A stretch of 64,000 bases of DNA, taken from positions 269,971 through 333,970 of the forward strand of contig NW_014577074.1 of the NCBI RefSeq assembly GCF_000485595.1. Direction: 5' to 3'. The translations under genes and the position numbers were made by a program. Shown here piece by piece: positions 36,120 through 60,500 of this stretch. Under the pieces are notes generated by a model that was given only the letters and a program-made list of their open reading frames with translations, was not told the DNA's origin and made no database searches. Source of the stretch: Priapulus caudatus. Its lineage: Eukaryota. Numbering within the stretch: the stretch's first letter is position 1; each line of letters starts with the position of its first letter.

Positions 36120-36378
36120 GCTGAGAGGGTCTATGTCTCCCAGGGTACTATCGGAGGGTACCCTGGTACTATCTAATATGCCGGACCATACCTCGCCTAC
36201 TCCACTAACGAGTCTAGTGAGTCGCCTACGCCTACTCCCTAACCCTAACCCTAACCCTAACCCAAACCCTAACCCTAACCCTAACCATATCAGATAGTTA
36301 CCAGGGTACGTTCCGATATATCGAACCGTACCCAGGGTTTCCTCCGATAGTACCCTGGGTGACATAGACCCTATGAGC
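36120..36378. mobile_element. MITE with internal (CCCTAA)n, 9-bp TSD (Mutator-like), copy 2, opposite orientation
   Basis: Ends GCTGAGAGGGTCTATGTCTCCCAGGGTACTATCGGAG...CTCCGATAGTACCCTGGGTGACATAGACCCTATGAGC; perfect TSD CACACTGAG (36111-19, 36379-87); ~8 CCCTAA units at 36237-36286. Confidence 0.85.
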
Positions 36379-36630
36379 CACACTGAGCAGTAAAAGAAAA
36401 CAAAAGTTTACAAGCAGTAGTAGAATTACATCAGAAGTAAGCTTCTGTTGTTTGTTGTTTATCCCGTGAGGATGTTAATAATAATTAATATTATTATAAT
36501 ATAATATGAATATAAACAGTCAATGAATAAAGAAAAGCAAGTTGATTATTTTATTTGCTTTCTCTGTACATGTTTATAGGTTTGTGTACCCTAGTCACCC
36601 TCAGGAAGAGAAAGAAGAAGAGTCATTGCT

Positions 36631-47470
<10,840 letters not shown>

Positions 47471-48159
47471 GTGGCAGCAGCAGCAGTAGCATTAGTGCTG
47501 TGTGTTTATGGCAGCTGCCATGTTGGCGGCTTCGTTGAATGTGTTTGTTGTTTTCGGAGTCTAAAGGGACTGCGTAAAAGCAATGCTACGTATACCAGTC
47601 AGTAGTTCTGTCTGCGAGCAGCTTGTTTTTATAATGATAGCTGTTGTGATAATGTAGACACGTTGAAATGGTTTTTCGTGGACGTCATACGGTAATGGTA
47701 TTAAGGAATATTCCGTCACTTGTACACCACATAAAATGCTCGGCACAAAATTGTCTGTTGAAAAGGCACGTGCAAGCTATATTTTCGTTATCACACACAT
47801 GCGTGTACGTATCACTATTGCTCATTCTGTTCTGTTGTAGTAACAAGTATGCTAGCCCAGTTATAAATTACTCAAACCATATCTAATATAGCCATAGCAG
47901 CTGTTATATGGCTGATGGGTGAGAATTCCTATCTCTGTTCTTTACCATGTTCTTTAAAATTAATATTTTTGTCTGTGCCATACTCACACAGAGAACAATA
48001 TAATATGTATCCTGGTTACTGTTATTTGCAGACAGTGTATTTATGTGAACCCTTTAAATACATTTGTCTTTACAAGAATGAATGGATACAAGTACAGATT
48101 TTGGTTCCAGGCCCTAATGTTGACTGTGAAGAATAAGGCATTGAAGTTGTATTTTTGTG

Positions 48160-48165
48160 AATAAA
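48160..48165 (+). terminator. Candidate polyadenylation signal AATAAA for ICA1
   Basis: AATAAA ~690 nt downstream of the stop codon; position only. Confidence 0.4.
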
Positions 48166-49406
48166 AAATATGAAACAAATGCCTCTTCCGACCGTGGAAC
48201 TGCCAGCTTTCATTTACACGTCCGTCTTTTTAAGTCATGTTACAAGACAAGATATTGCGGAGGGATGTCGTATCCTGTCCAAGTTTTAAGTTACTTGTTA
48301 GTAGTACCTGTGTAGGTTTAGTTAGTTATATACTATTGTCTAGTGTTTGAAGTGCAAAAGAAAATTCCATAGTTCGTACATTCTTGTGCTCCAACGTTAC
48401 ACTCGTGTGCGCATTCGCATGTGTGGCAGAGTTCCTATTTGCATTCGTGTATTGCTATATCATTAGCTATCAATAGTGGTCATGGTGATAAAGTGATTTG
48501 GGTTTTAAGGCTGAATTTCAATGTATAAACCGAATTAAAGTGCCACTGTCAGAATGACCAAAACCGTCAGCCAGAGAAATTCATTTATTACAATATAGAA
48601 CAATCTTTAATTGACCTATCCACCACGAGTGAATGACAAGTAGGTCTAGCCAATCAGTGTTGCAGTAAAAGCATTCTAAACATTGTGCTACTTAACAAAG
48701 GGTTGCAAAGACGACAATTTGGTGTGCACTCGTAAAAAATCTGATCTAGCTTGACCACAACGTCAACAATATCCAAGAAGGGAGGGGTGGTTATCATGTT
48801 CAGACGGATAGATCAGAGGAAGGGAAATTGTATTTATTTAACATTATTCATTATTTAAGGTGTCTGATGCATAGATTACTCCATGTGATAGCTCAAAGGT
48901 GTCACAAACCTGCACGTCAGAACAGAAATGTACTGAATGTAAAATATATCAAACTTCTTGGGTGTATTTACGATTAGTATTTATTGAATGGGTGTATGTA
49001 ATTTCTAAAGGAACATTATTTAACTAGTATACCAAAGAGTGAAAATATGCTTTTAAGTTTATTTTTCCGTTTAATATATTTATTTCAGTTCACTATGGAC
49101 CAAATCTAAGATACTTGTACCAAAGATGCTATTTACAATTTATATAATCTACAGCGCAGATATATCGTTGAAGCCTGTATCCATATTTCACATATATGAT
49201 CAAGTAAATAAATATGTGGTGTCTAAATACCTATTAGTATGGTTAACTTTTTTGTGGAATAATGTTTTAGGTCACATTTAGGGTTAATTTCAGGTCATTT
49301 TTAATTATTGAAATATATTTACATTTGTGTGTCTATCTACATTACGTTTCTTTGCAAGTCTTGTCTCTTTTATCCCATCATACTTGTTATCCCATATAGC
49401 CCACCA

Positions 49407-49711
49407 TCCCTCCCAGCCGGAGCCAACAAGGCATGGCCGACGTGGTTATGCCTAAATCGCATCAGGACAGGGTTTGGTCGATGCGGGGCACTCATACAGA
49501 AATGGGGATACACTGAAGATGGCCCAACCGAATGCGACTGCGGGGAGGACCAATCTCCTGAAATGCCCCCTATTACCAGAGCCCTGTAGCCCTGGAGACC
49601 TTGAGGCTCATGCCGTGCCTGGAGACCGTGCCTGGAGACCATGCCAGGTCATGTGTGCTGCAGTGGCTAGGCCGGGTGTAGTGTAGTGACCCGAGAAGAA
49701 GAAGAAGAAGA
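49407..49711 (+). mobile_element. 5'-truncated non-LTR retrotransposon 3' end with (GAA)n tail
   Basis: WLCLNRIRTGFGRC...KWGY...CDCG...LLKCP Zn-knuckle-like tail; (GAA)6; TSD AGCCCACCA at 49398-49406 and 49712-49720. Confidence 0.8.
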
Positions 49712-51519
49712 AGCCCACCAAAAACAACCTGAAACTACTAATGTAGTGTGCTGACCTTTTATTTGATTTAAGAATTTGAACTCAGTCATGTTTTTTGCAC
49801 TAGGACACTTAGTAAATCAATTATGAACAAATTAATTTTTTTTTTTCACAGCTGTATTACTAGTATGTACTAATACATTCTAAAGATGGAACAGTTACAT
49901 TACCACAATACTATCGATAGAGTATTTAGTACTACATTTGGATGTAAACAAATGCCGACTGCACGTGAATGTATCAAACGATCCTTTATCATGACAAAGA
50001 CAACAGCAGGAATGTAAATACGTGATACTAATGATCTAATAATAGGAACAGATGCAACTTAGATAGCCACCTAACCCATTAACATTAGCAGTACGTAATA
50101 GTGGGACCCTCCCTCTATTATGTGCTCTTAATAATCTCCAAATTACACTAAACACAGAAAACTAGTGCATACCAAAAACCCGATCATGAGAGGCAGACGA
50201 AGAAACGTCGACACGAACAAAAACTTTCACGAAACGATCTATATAAAATAAACACGAAGTAATGAGAATTAGAAGCACATAGCAGCCGCACACGTGCCGT
50301 CCTCCCCGCATTTAACGACACCCCACGGTAAAAAACATGGCCGCAGCCCCGAGAGGCGGCCCGGCCCAATATCAGACACTGACTGCAGAGACATAGCTAT
50401 TTACATCGTAGCGTGCAGAGCGACCGGTGGGTGATTCGCCAAGTAAAATCGTGCGACTAAGTGAGTACTGACCGAGCTGAAAAAACTTGTGTGAATAGCA
50501 TTGCGTGCCGGCGTGCTGCATAAGTTGCTTGTTTGCAATTAAAAATCGGTTTAAGAACGTTGAACCGGCCAATGTATCACGCAGAAAACTACACAGGTGC
50601 CATCATGCACGCACGCACGCACGCACGCACGCATATACACATAAACACCTGCAACACACACGACTTACACTCGGGGCATCAATCCCTGAAGGTTGGAGAC
50701 CGACGAGTAGTTAGTTATACGTACGTTGCTCAACAGTTACCACAACGTAGACGGTATGTACATTTAGCGAGTGCACAGACCGAGTATCCAGAGTACTGAG
50801 AACAGAGTACAGAGTATCCAACGAGTTTGTTCACATGCGAGTGTTAGCTCTTCCTGGCAGTGTAGTCCGCAAGTGAACTTTATGCATTGCTGCACAGGGA
50901 GCCTGGTGCCACACCGCCGACCCCGAACACAACACGAGTGGAGAGATGTCGGTACGACACCAGGCGTCCGCGCGGTCGGAAACATTACAAACGGTCACGC
51001 CGTCACAAACCTACGACGTCATCAACTCTTGGCAGGTGGAGCGCAAAATTTATGCCGTTCAAGGCTTGCGACGTTGAAACCAATTACAAATTTTCAAACA
51101 GCGAACACTGTATAATTAAACATTAACGAACCGAGACTCGCTCTATGAGTGAATCCGACTCGTGTACGTAAAAAACGTTTAACACGTCGGATCAAGAATT
51201 CACGCTTCTCCCAGTGTGTCATCCGACGTTCTCTAAGAACATCCAAACGAACGAGCAATGGCGTAACGAGCGAATTATACAACCCATCCAAACATCTACT
51301 GTTCAAAATTCAAAGATTGGTCTCAGAAAAACGCCGATTATCTATAGAAAATGACGGGGTAATCTGTAAAAACGAGCGTTTATCAGCAGAAAACGACCGA
51401 TTATCAGTACACTGTTTAAGCTGTGTCGTGCCCGGACTGACAGCTGTTTACACGGCTGCCTGTATAAGCCCTTTTGCACACCGACCTCGCACTCACTCGA
51501 CACAGGCAGGCGGAGTTGC

Positions 51520-54500
51520 CTAAAAGTCGCTGTCGCCATCATCGTCGTCGAACTTGTATTTCACAGGTTGCCGAGACCGACCCGGCCGTTCCTTCGCTGC
51601 CACGTTTTTCAGTATGTTGTCAAAGTCTTCGTCGTCGTCGTCGTCGTCCGATGTTGCCTTCTTCTTTGGCTTCTTCTGAAAGGTGAAACAACCGGATGTT
51701 TGGAGGCACAACAACAACTTGGAATAATAAGTTTACCAGATGTCATGGTAACAGTGGATGAATTCAAATCTTTTAGCCTGCTAACGACATTTATCTGCAT
51801 AAATCAATCTATCACTCTAAGCGCACATCTAGCCTTGTCACTTTGCCAAAGGTGGCCCATAAAATTATAGGTGGACAAACAAAACTAACAACACAAGCAA
51901 CGAGAGTGCTAGGAGAATAAACAAGTGCCGCAGTGCGACAGGGCTCATCTGGTGTCTGGTGTTCTGCTGATAAATTCATTTGTGCATAGCAAGACGTCTT
52001 ATACATAAGACCTCAAATTTCGGCACAGTGATGGATTTTCCTACCATGATGCTATACACCGACTATCACGAGCCTAGGTCGAGCCGTTTAGATTTGTGCC
52101 GCAATTCTGCATTTCCTTCCTATACCTTAAGTTAAGGAGGGAATGTTCCCCCTTCTTTTACACCTCTTGACCTTTGACCCCCAGCCTCGACATCCCAACT
52201 CGTTTTCGGATTACCCCCCCACGTCCCGAATATCGTGACCGTACGCAGAGCGGCTAAGATTTGTGCCCAACTGTTGACGCACGGATGCACGCTCATGCGA
52301 TTCTACAAGCTGCATCTGACTATGTCAGATGAGCTAAAAAGTATCTAGCTATCATTCTAAGCACACACCTAACCTCATCTCGTTTCAAAAAAGGTGCACA
52401 TAAAATAATGTGCAAACAAACAAAAACAAGATGCTAGAAGAATATCAAAACCACGTATACATCTAACTAGTACTCTAAACAACACGCTACAGCTCCAGCG
52501 CCATGCTAGCTTTACCTCTTTTAATAAGTTGTGGCAAATATAACACCATGCAAGCAAAAAAACAAATACAAAAAGGCAATGCACAAATTACCGCACCTTT
52601 GGCGGTGCCTTTTTCTTCGGACTGAATGCGATGTCCGACGCGCTGTCGCTGTCCACGGCTGGCTTCTTGGTCGCCTTCTTACGCGGCGCCGCAACCTTCT
52701 TTGCCTTCGGTACGACCTCCTCCTCCTCCTCGCTGGAGTATAGGAACTTCTTTCCCGCCGGCTTCTTCTTGGCATGTACTTCTGAAAATACGTGAAACTC
52801 AATGATTATGCGTGCAGTTCATAGCCGTGTCACGCCTTTACACACTAACTATGCTGGTTTGCTAGTCAACAAACAGCTACAGAAGGGGAATACTACAAAT
52901 AAATTAATATATATATCTATCTACATATATTGTATATATATATATATATATATAGGAAAAGAGAGAGGGGGGAGAGAGGGAGGGGAATGGGAGGGAGGGA
53001 AAAATAGAGAGAGAGAGAGAGAGATGACCTTTCTGGGTTTCCGTGCAACACAATAAACAGACAGCGCGCGACGCTCACCTTGGACCGAGTCATCGGAATC
53101 ATCCGCCTTTCTCTTTTCACTCAACTTTCCCATTGACAGCAAGATGCTCGGTTGCTTGTCATCTGCATAGAGACAAGACCTTCTGAACACCCACCTCAAC
53201 AATTGCTCAGCAGAATTTCACCGATCGCAATAATTAAGAATTTGAAAACAAAAATCCCAGAAATCTGCAGACGATTCCCATGCCTAAACTGAGGATGTTA
53301 ATGTCACTTGTATGGAATTATCTCGGACCATGCTTTGAAGCTAGCGTACCTTTCTTGGCGGGTTTGGATTGACGATTCACCTTCTTCTTCTCATCTTTGT
53401 CAGCTTCAGTAAATCGTAAAAAAATCACGCAACTATATAACATTACAAAATGCCAAAACAAGGGAAACGATTGAAAATACATTTGATTATTACAATTGAG
53501 GACTAGTGAGTGAATTCATATACACCTATTATTATCTATAAACAATTGTTACACTCACCTGTAGCTAACAGCACTACATAAATGCAGTTATCTTACCTTG
53601 TGTATAATTCAAGCACAGCAACAGTAGGGACAGTGATTTTCCGCAATCACGGAAAAGGGACGAAAAACACGGAAACGGCCATTGGAAACGGAAAAACGTA
53701 ATTTGAACATATTACATGGAAATTTCAATAAAATCACACAAAAACCGTCGACAATAGCATTGGTATGATATGGTTTACATTCAGACAAGTTTCAGAGCGA
53801 AATTACTTACAATTACGACTTTTAGTAGCCCTGTGTTCATAATTTTATTATGAACACATTACCCTACAGGTTCTTTCAAAGTAGCCCTGTGTTTCATAAT
53901 TTTAGTAGCCCTTTGTTATTTTGTTAATTTTAGTAGACTTTTAGTAGCCCTGTGTTCATAATTTTATTATGAACACATTACCCTACAGGTTCTTTCAAAT
54001 GTTGTACCAAATACCTTTTTTTTCATGCAAATATATGTAAACGGAATTTTGCATTTTTTGTGTGTACAATCTCTATGGCAAAACGGAATTTCCATTTTTT
54101 CTTTACTTTGAAACAGAATTCGCGATTTTTCCAAACGGAAAAGGGAATTTTTTTGAAACGGAAAATCACTGTCCCTACAACAGGCAACAGCAAGATCAGC
54201 AGTTGGCAATAAAGTGCCTCAATGGTGACAATGTGGCACGTGCGCGAGAAACAACTTAAACTGGCCTAGCTTGACCGACCACATTATGTGCACTGTCATT
54301 AGAACATATTTACTTTGTAAATATAACGAACTAACCACGACCACCAACATACCTGTCTTAGATTTCGGTCCCGCAGTTTTCTTTGCAGCACCTGGCAAAT
54401 TAAGATGACAAAGGTAAAACATGTTTATTGCAGTAAGTTGCGACAGACTAAACACCCCTGGTCATTCACGCTCAAGTTTGCTTTAGTAATTAAAGTCTTC

Positions 54501-57500
54501 CCCTCTCTTCTGCACTGCCTTTCACCTAAAAAAGGTCCAAACCATAAATTTTTCTCGGGTTTAAGAAAGGAGAAGGGTAGTCATTGCAAAATCTTTGTTT
54601 GGTGCTCTCTGGTTGCATTCTCAGCCTTATATCGAGAGAAAATGTTTCAAATAAAATAAAATTTATCTAAATATAGAAAAAATACCTATTCATCGGAGAA
54701 TTTTTGTTCTGGCGGGATATCTGAAAAGGAGAGCGTAATCTACCCGACCATCGCAATGCCCGACTGCGGTGCTGTACCTGTCGGCTTCGACGCCTGAGGA
54801 GAGACTCTGTCCATGAGCGAGGGGAAGTTTGCCTCCTCGTCACTGTCACTGGGGATGTTCTCGATGAGATTCGCCACTGAAACGCAAAACAACGCACGAA
54901 TTCAGCACCTAGCGCATGAGAAACGTTATACACTCGAACCTCTCAATCTGGGTTCATTCAAAATAAACCCTAAGTGTATTTTCTACACAGCTGTTCATAC
55001 TATAGAGGTGGTTGCACCGTATAACTGCCACTTATGGGAAATTACAAGCGTGTTACCATTAATATTACAGACTAGCTCTATGCAGAGCATGTTAATTAAA
55101 AATCACCTTTCTTCCGTGTTTCTTCTGCACTACTGGGAGCAGCAATACCACTTATGCTGTCATCATCGTCGTCATCAATCAGAATTGGAGCTGCTTTCTT
55201 CTGCGGAGCCTTCCTCGGCGACCTGATAGCAACCATCAACAACTAATGAAATCCTTATCAACAAATAATCAATCATTAACAATGTGCAGTTTCCATTTAT
55301 TCACACACTTTATATGCAAGATGACGGTAAAAAATGCCAACAGCAATAATGCTAAATAAGCACCGACATACAGTTAAATACCATTTCACTAATGCAACGT
55401 GCAAGAGGGTTCACACACATGAAACATAACTATTTTCTAAGACCTCTTACAAATCTCTGCATTGGAGTTTGAGTAAACGTGTGCACAACCACGAGCGTAA
55501 GTCACCACCCTGTTTGTTCCCAATGAGGTTCACTAGCTCACATCTAGCAATGCTGCGAACAAGCCTTAAGGAAACACGTTTCTTTGCGGCACTGCTTAAA
55601 CTGGGAGGTCGATAGCTCCGACCGTCAGTTCTGACGAGCGCCAAATACCAATGATTCCCTCGCCACATGTCCGCTGCGAAGTCACGCATGCCTACCCTCT
55701 ATCCACGTGCATTTATTATTATTAATATTATTAGTTACCATTATATTTTCAGTATTATTAGTTTTAATTACTTATATTATTTTTATTACATTTATTGCAA
55801 ACGAAATTCAACTAAAAATTAAGGGAAAATTGAACTGAAATTGAACATTTTTTTAGAAGATGGCCACTGATACAAACACGTTATTATTAATTCTTATAAT
55901 TAACTACTATTACTAATTAACAATTAATATTATGTTTATTAAATATTAATGTTTACTAACATCAGGATTACGTACACGCCTAAAAGTAAGACATTAACAT
56001 TAGTAAACATTAATAACGAACAATAAGACCCACAAACGTTTACTAATAAAATCACGACAGACGCACCTCGGCTTGGCGACCTTCCGTGGACTCTTGGCTT
56101 TCGTCGGCATGAAGTCGTCGTCGTCAGTACTGTTTGCGTCGTAATCGTCCTCGCTCGGCAGCGGAGACGTGATGTTGTCGCCGTCGTTGTCGTCGTTGTC
56201 GTCGCTGCCTCGCTCGTTGCCACCATCCTCGTCCTCGTTGTCACTGAACGTGTACTTGGCCTTGGCAACTGCGCGAAAAACCAGGCGAGTTATCAATATA
56301 ATTAATATATAATAGCTTATTATAATATTGCTACGATGCACTGCAGCATTAATCCACTCATCTGTCCAACTGCCCAACTGTGATAATCATGCTCCACTCC
56401 TGGATATCGTTGCTAGTTGCATTTCGCAAGACGGGTTTTGGCGGATTTTTCGTCAGCGCACGCGAAATTGCCGATGTCGTTACTTGCAGACTGCCGGACT
56501 TCGTTACTAAGCAGTGTTTTTTAGAATGCTTCTAACGAAACAATGGCTGGTTAGAGCTACCGTCCATCACTTCAGGCAGAGAGTTCAACTACATTAGAGG
56601 AATGCATCGACGTGAGTTAAAGGTTAGAGAGAACAGACACACGATTCCAGTGAGAACCACGCGTAGGTAGGAGATGCCGCATGGTGCTGATAATTTCGGA
56701 TAACACACAGCGACTCACCGGCCGCCCGCCGCTCGGTCTTTTCTCTCGGTATGATGATCTCCTCCTCTTCCACGATCGGAGGTTTCTTCAATGGCTTGAA
56801 GCTGATCTTCGGTTGTTTTGCGTCCTCTGCAAACACAGGACACAAACACATTAAACGTGTGTGCAATCAAAATGAACGAAAATATGATAAATACATTGAT
56901 ATGTAATAAAATAATGTAAATACATATTACACACATACACGCACACATATATATAATAAAAGGTCAACGTGAAGAGCGTCAGTAGTATTAGCACAGTAGT
57001 ATTCAGTCATCAGCACGGTCTGTTCATTACCAAGGAAATGAGACATTTTGCATGGTTCAACACATATTATTATTATTGTTGCTGTTGTTGTTGTTGCTAC
57101 AAAATAACTAATAAAATTAGTTTCACAGCAAACATTATTTTTATTATTTTTATTAAAGACATTATTCTACATGGCAAGACAACAGGCCATGTAACTACAC
57201 GTGTACGTATAATGTTGGAATCCGACAAACAAAATCGAAATGACGATGAGATTATTTTACTTGCCTTTGGGTTTGCGTACTACTTTCTTCGTCTCTAGGC
57301 GCTCACTCAGTGGCTTCATCTCTCCATCGTCGCCGTTAGCAACCTTGGTGCTCTCCTCATCACTGCCTTCTCCGTCGAATTCCAGCTTCACCATTGTCTT
57401 CTTCGCCTGCGACATTCGTAATAAAACAAGCGTACATTACCGAAGCTTTGCTACCTGACTGACTGACAGGGTTACTTGAAGCATTGATAATTTTGTATTT

Positions 57501-60500
57501 ATTCAGCACGCATCCCCTGCCAGGTGGATTCTGCTACGGAATGGCCTTTCTGAGAAGTCTGTTACGACGAACGAAAAGATGAAAGAAAGGTGGCAACATT
57601 GCTAGTTAAATTGACTACGTCACGAATTTTCCATGGTAAAATTTGTTGCCATTTTTGTTGCCATTTTTTTACATTAAAAGTAAGAACTAACGGGACTAAA
57701 CGTATCGTCAAATTCTTACCTGATAAGATTGTTTCTCAACTAGTTAAAAATCCAAAAAACCTGGACGATTTGATATTGTGTTCCTGACATTAATTGCTTG
57801 CTATGGGCTATGTATGAGACACGAGTGTATGTTCACATCAAACAATATAGTAAAATAAGAAGTATAATGCAGCAATTATACCATAAAAGTGAACAGAATT
57901 ACTTATATTTTGTGAACAATTGGAAATATTTTTTTAATTTTTTACTATTTACGGTGACGTAATCACTTTAATGGAACACAAGCAACGACGATACGTGAAT
58001 TATATAATTCACTTGATGTTCTCTAGACTAAGAAATATATTAATAGTATATTATATTGTATAGGATTATATTACCTGTCTTTATTTATATAATGCTCATT
58101 TGATGCTCTCAAGAATAAGAAATATATTAACTAGTATATTGTATTGGATTATATAGCCTGTCTATCTTTGTACAATGCTTTTTTGACGTTCTCAAGAATA
58201 AAAAATATATTAAATAATATGATATATTGTATTGTATTATATTACATATTATGTCTATAATTGTATAATTAACTTCTGATGTTACCTTAGCTCTACCCTT
58301 CACTTCGTTGGCCATCGCTGCTTTCTTCCTTAGTTCAGCATCGATTACGGGAACCACTCTCCGACCCATTGGAGACGGCTTAGTCTCTTCTTTGTTACAC
58401 TTCTTCACCTGGAGATTTTAGTGCCAATCGATATGTGAAATGTTATTAGGGATGTGAATAGGGATAATTTTTCTAATAAGACTATAGCATAAAGAACGAC
58501 CAACTTTATTCTCTGTGTAATATATTCGTTCTAGTGCTTTTCTTGTTAATTCTTTAAAGGATCTCTCTGTAAAGGATCCTCCAGATTTCTTTGTAGACAT
58601 ATAGCATTAACTATATATTATACAATTAGGAATATCTTTATTACTTACTAACTTTATTTCTTATAATTTATGCTATTAAAATAACAAGAATGAAGCCATC
58701 AGCTACTTCTTAATGATTCATTTGGTGATTAAACCCCATGCATATCTGTGAAGTATAGGGTTTAACCGTTTATCAACACCTTCCATAGCCAGAGCATTGT
58801 TCAGCCACTACCTACTGACACTCACCTTTGCAACTCTCCCCTTGGCAGTCTTTTTCGTCTTTGTTATACCAGACTGTTCATCTTCCAGTTCCCTTGCTTC
58901 TTGTTTCTAGAATCAAGTAACGATTGTCATGAATTAACTCAAATGATACATGGCCAAATATGCAACCAAAGCAAACTTACCACAAAAGCCACCTCATAAG
59001 TACCTTTAATAATGATATTATATATATTATATGTATTTTTTTTAAATAATTTACATTATTTTTTAATTTAATCAATTTTTTAACAGAACATTTTCGTAAA
59101 ATTATTTTGTTTTTTTCTAGTTCATACGAATGTTTGTAATTTTTTTATCTCATACTTACCTTTAATTTTTATCAAATTTATAATGTAAACAGCCATTTAC
59201 ACATCTCCCCGGAATTCGCTAACATGGCAACAAGCATGTGTACTATCTATCTCCCATCACCATGCTGCTCAATGCCAGTAGAGCGCAGTCCGCCTCAAGC
59301 ACGTAATATTATAATTACGTAATATAACAATATTGTATATTAAACTAATATAACACTATGAATAATGAGTTGTGTGCTCGTGGCGTGTAAACCTGCACAA
59401 TATATACTACGGCGCACTTACGTCTAGTTCCTCGAGGAAGGCATCCAAGTCCTCGACCCAGAGGTCGGCACCCGACTTCCCACGCAGCACCATGAGCTCA
59501 ACCGCCTAAAACACACACAAACACAAGCACGTCGGTCACACAGTCAATCCTCGTTAACGCCACGTTAAAACGTTGTCACCATGAGACCGACCTGTCAGCC
59601 TATGCGCGATTCACAGGCAGCTCTAGCCAAGACGAGACGTTCGAAAATGCAGTGCTTACAGTTGAGATTTTGGTACGAATATGTAAAAACGCATATAAAC
59701 TGGTTCAGCTTGACCAATCAAGTAATAATATATCAAAGAGATTAATAGGTTCTATCACAGTATGAGCTTGAGATGGGATATCTCACCCGAGTTATAGATA
59801 TCCCATCTCATACGAGCGTAGCGAGTATGAGACGAGGTTATCTATAATGAGGGTGAGATATCCCATCTCAAGCTCATACTGTGATAGAACCTATTTCTCG
59901 CATACTTTTCTTCTTCTTTTTTATACAAAATTTCATTTCAGTTCAATAGTAATTCAATATTTTGCAAAATTTTCAATTTATTATTTTTATTTATATATAT
60001 ATATATATATTTTTATTTTTTTTATTAATTAATTTTATGAGTATTGATTGGTCAAAAACTGTAAAGGTGACCTTTGACCTTAAGGAAAATCATTGGATTA
60101 AAAAGTAGTGCGAGATAAACCCATCTCGGGGTCTGCAAGTTATCCCGAGGATTTATCTCGTTGGCTATCTCAGGGGATATCTCATACCTAGTATGCGAGA
60201 AGTGGTTATCTCACTCAGACAGATAGGGCAATTGAGTTACGAATGAGTGGAGCTACTCTGAAACACCCTCAAAAAGCATGTATCAGATTACATTAGACTT
60301 GGATTATTACGATATGATTAAATACGATGACAAGATTATTAATTTTCATAGTAAAATCGTCAAATACATCGATCCAAAACATCCTATAGGAAACACACAT
60401 AGGAACGACGATTCTTTGTTGCTATTGCTTACGCTATAGCAATGGCTACGAGACTTTTTAATTTTACAATCACTCCATTTAATTTTAATCTGTTAGCAAC

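Noticed and set aside
36237..36286. Telomere or chromosome-fusion scar
   Set aside because: The array is short and embedded in a MITE with TIRs and a TSD, and a sister copy exists.
50184..51520. Short ORFs downstream of the TOP2 stop codon
   Set aside because: No recognisable motifs or splice structure; likely the TOP2 3' UTR.
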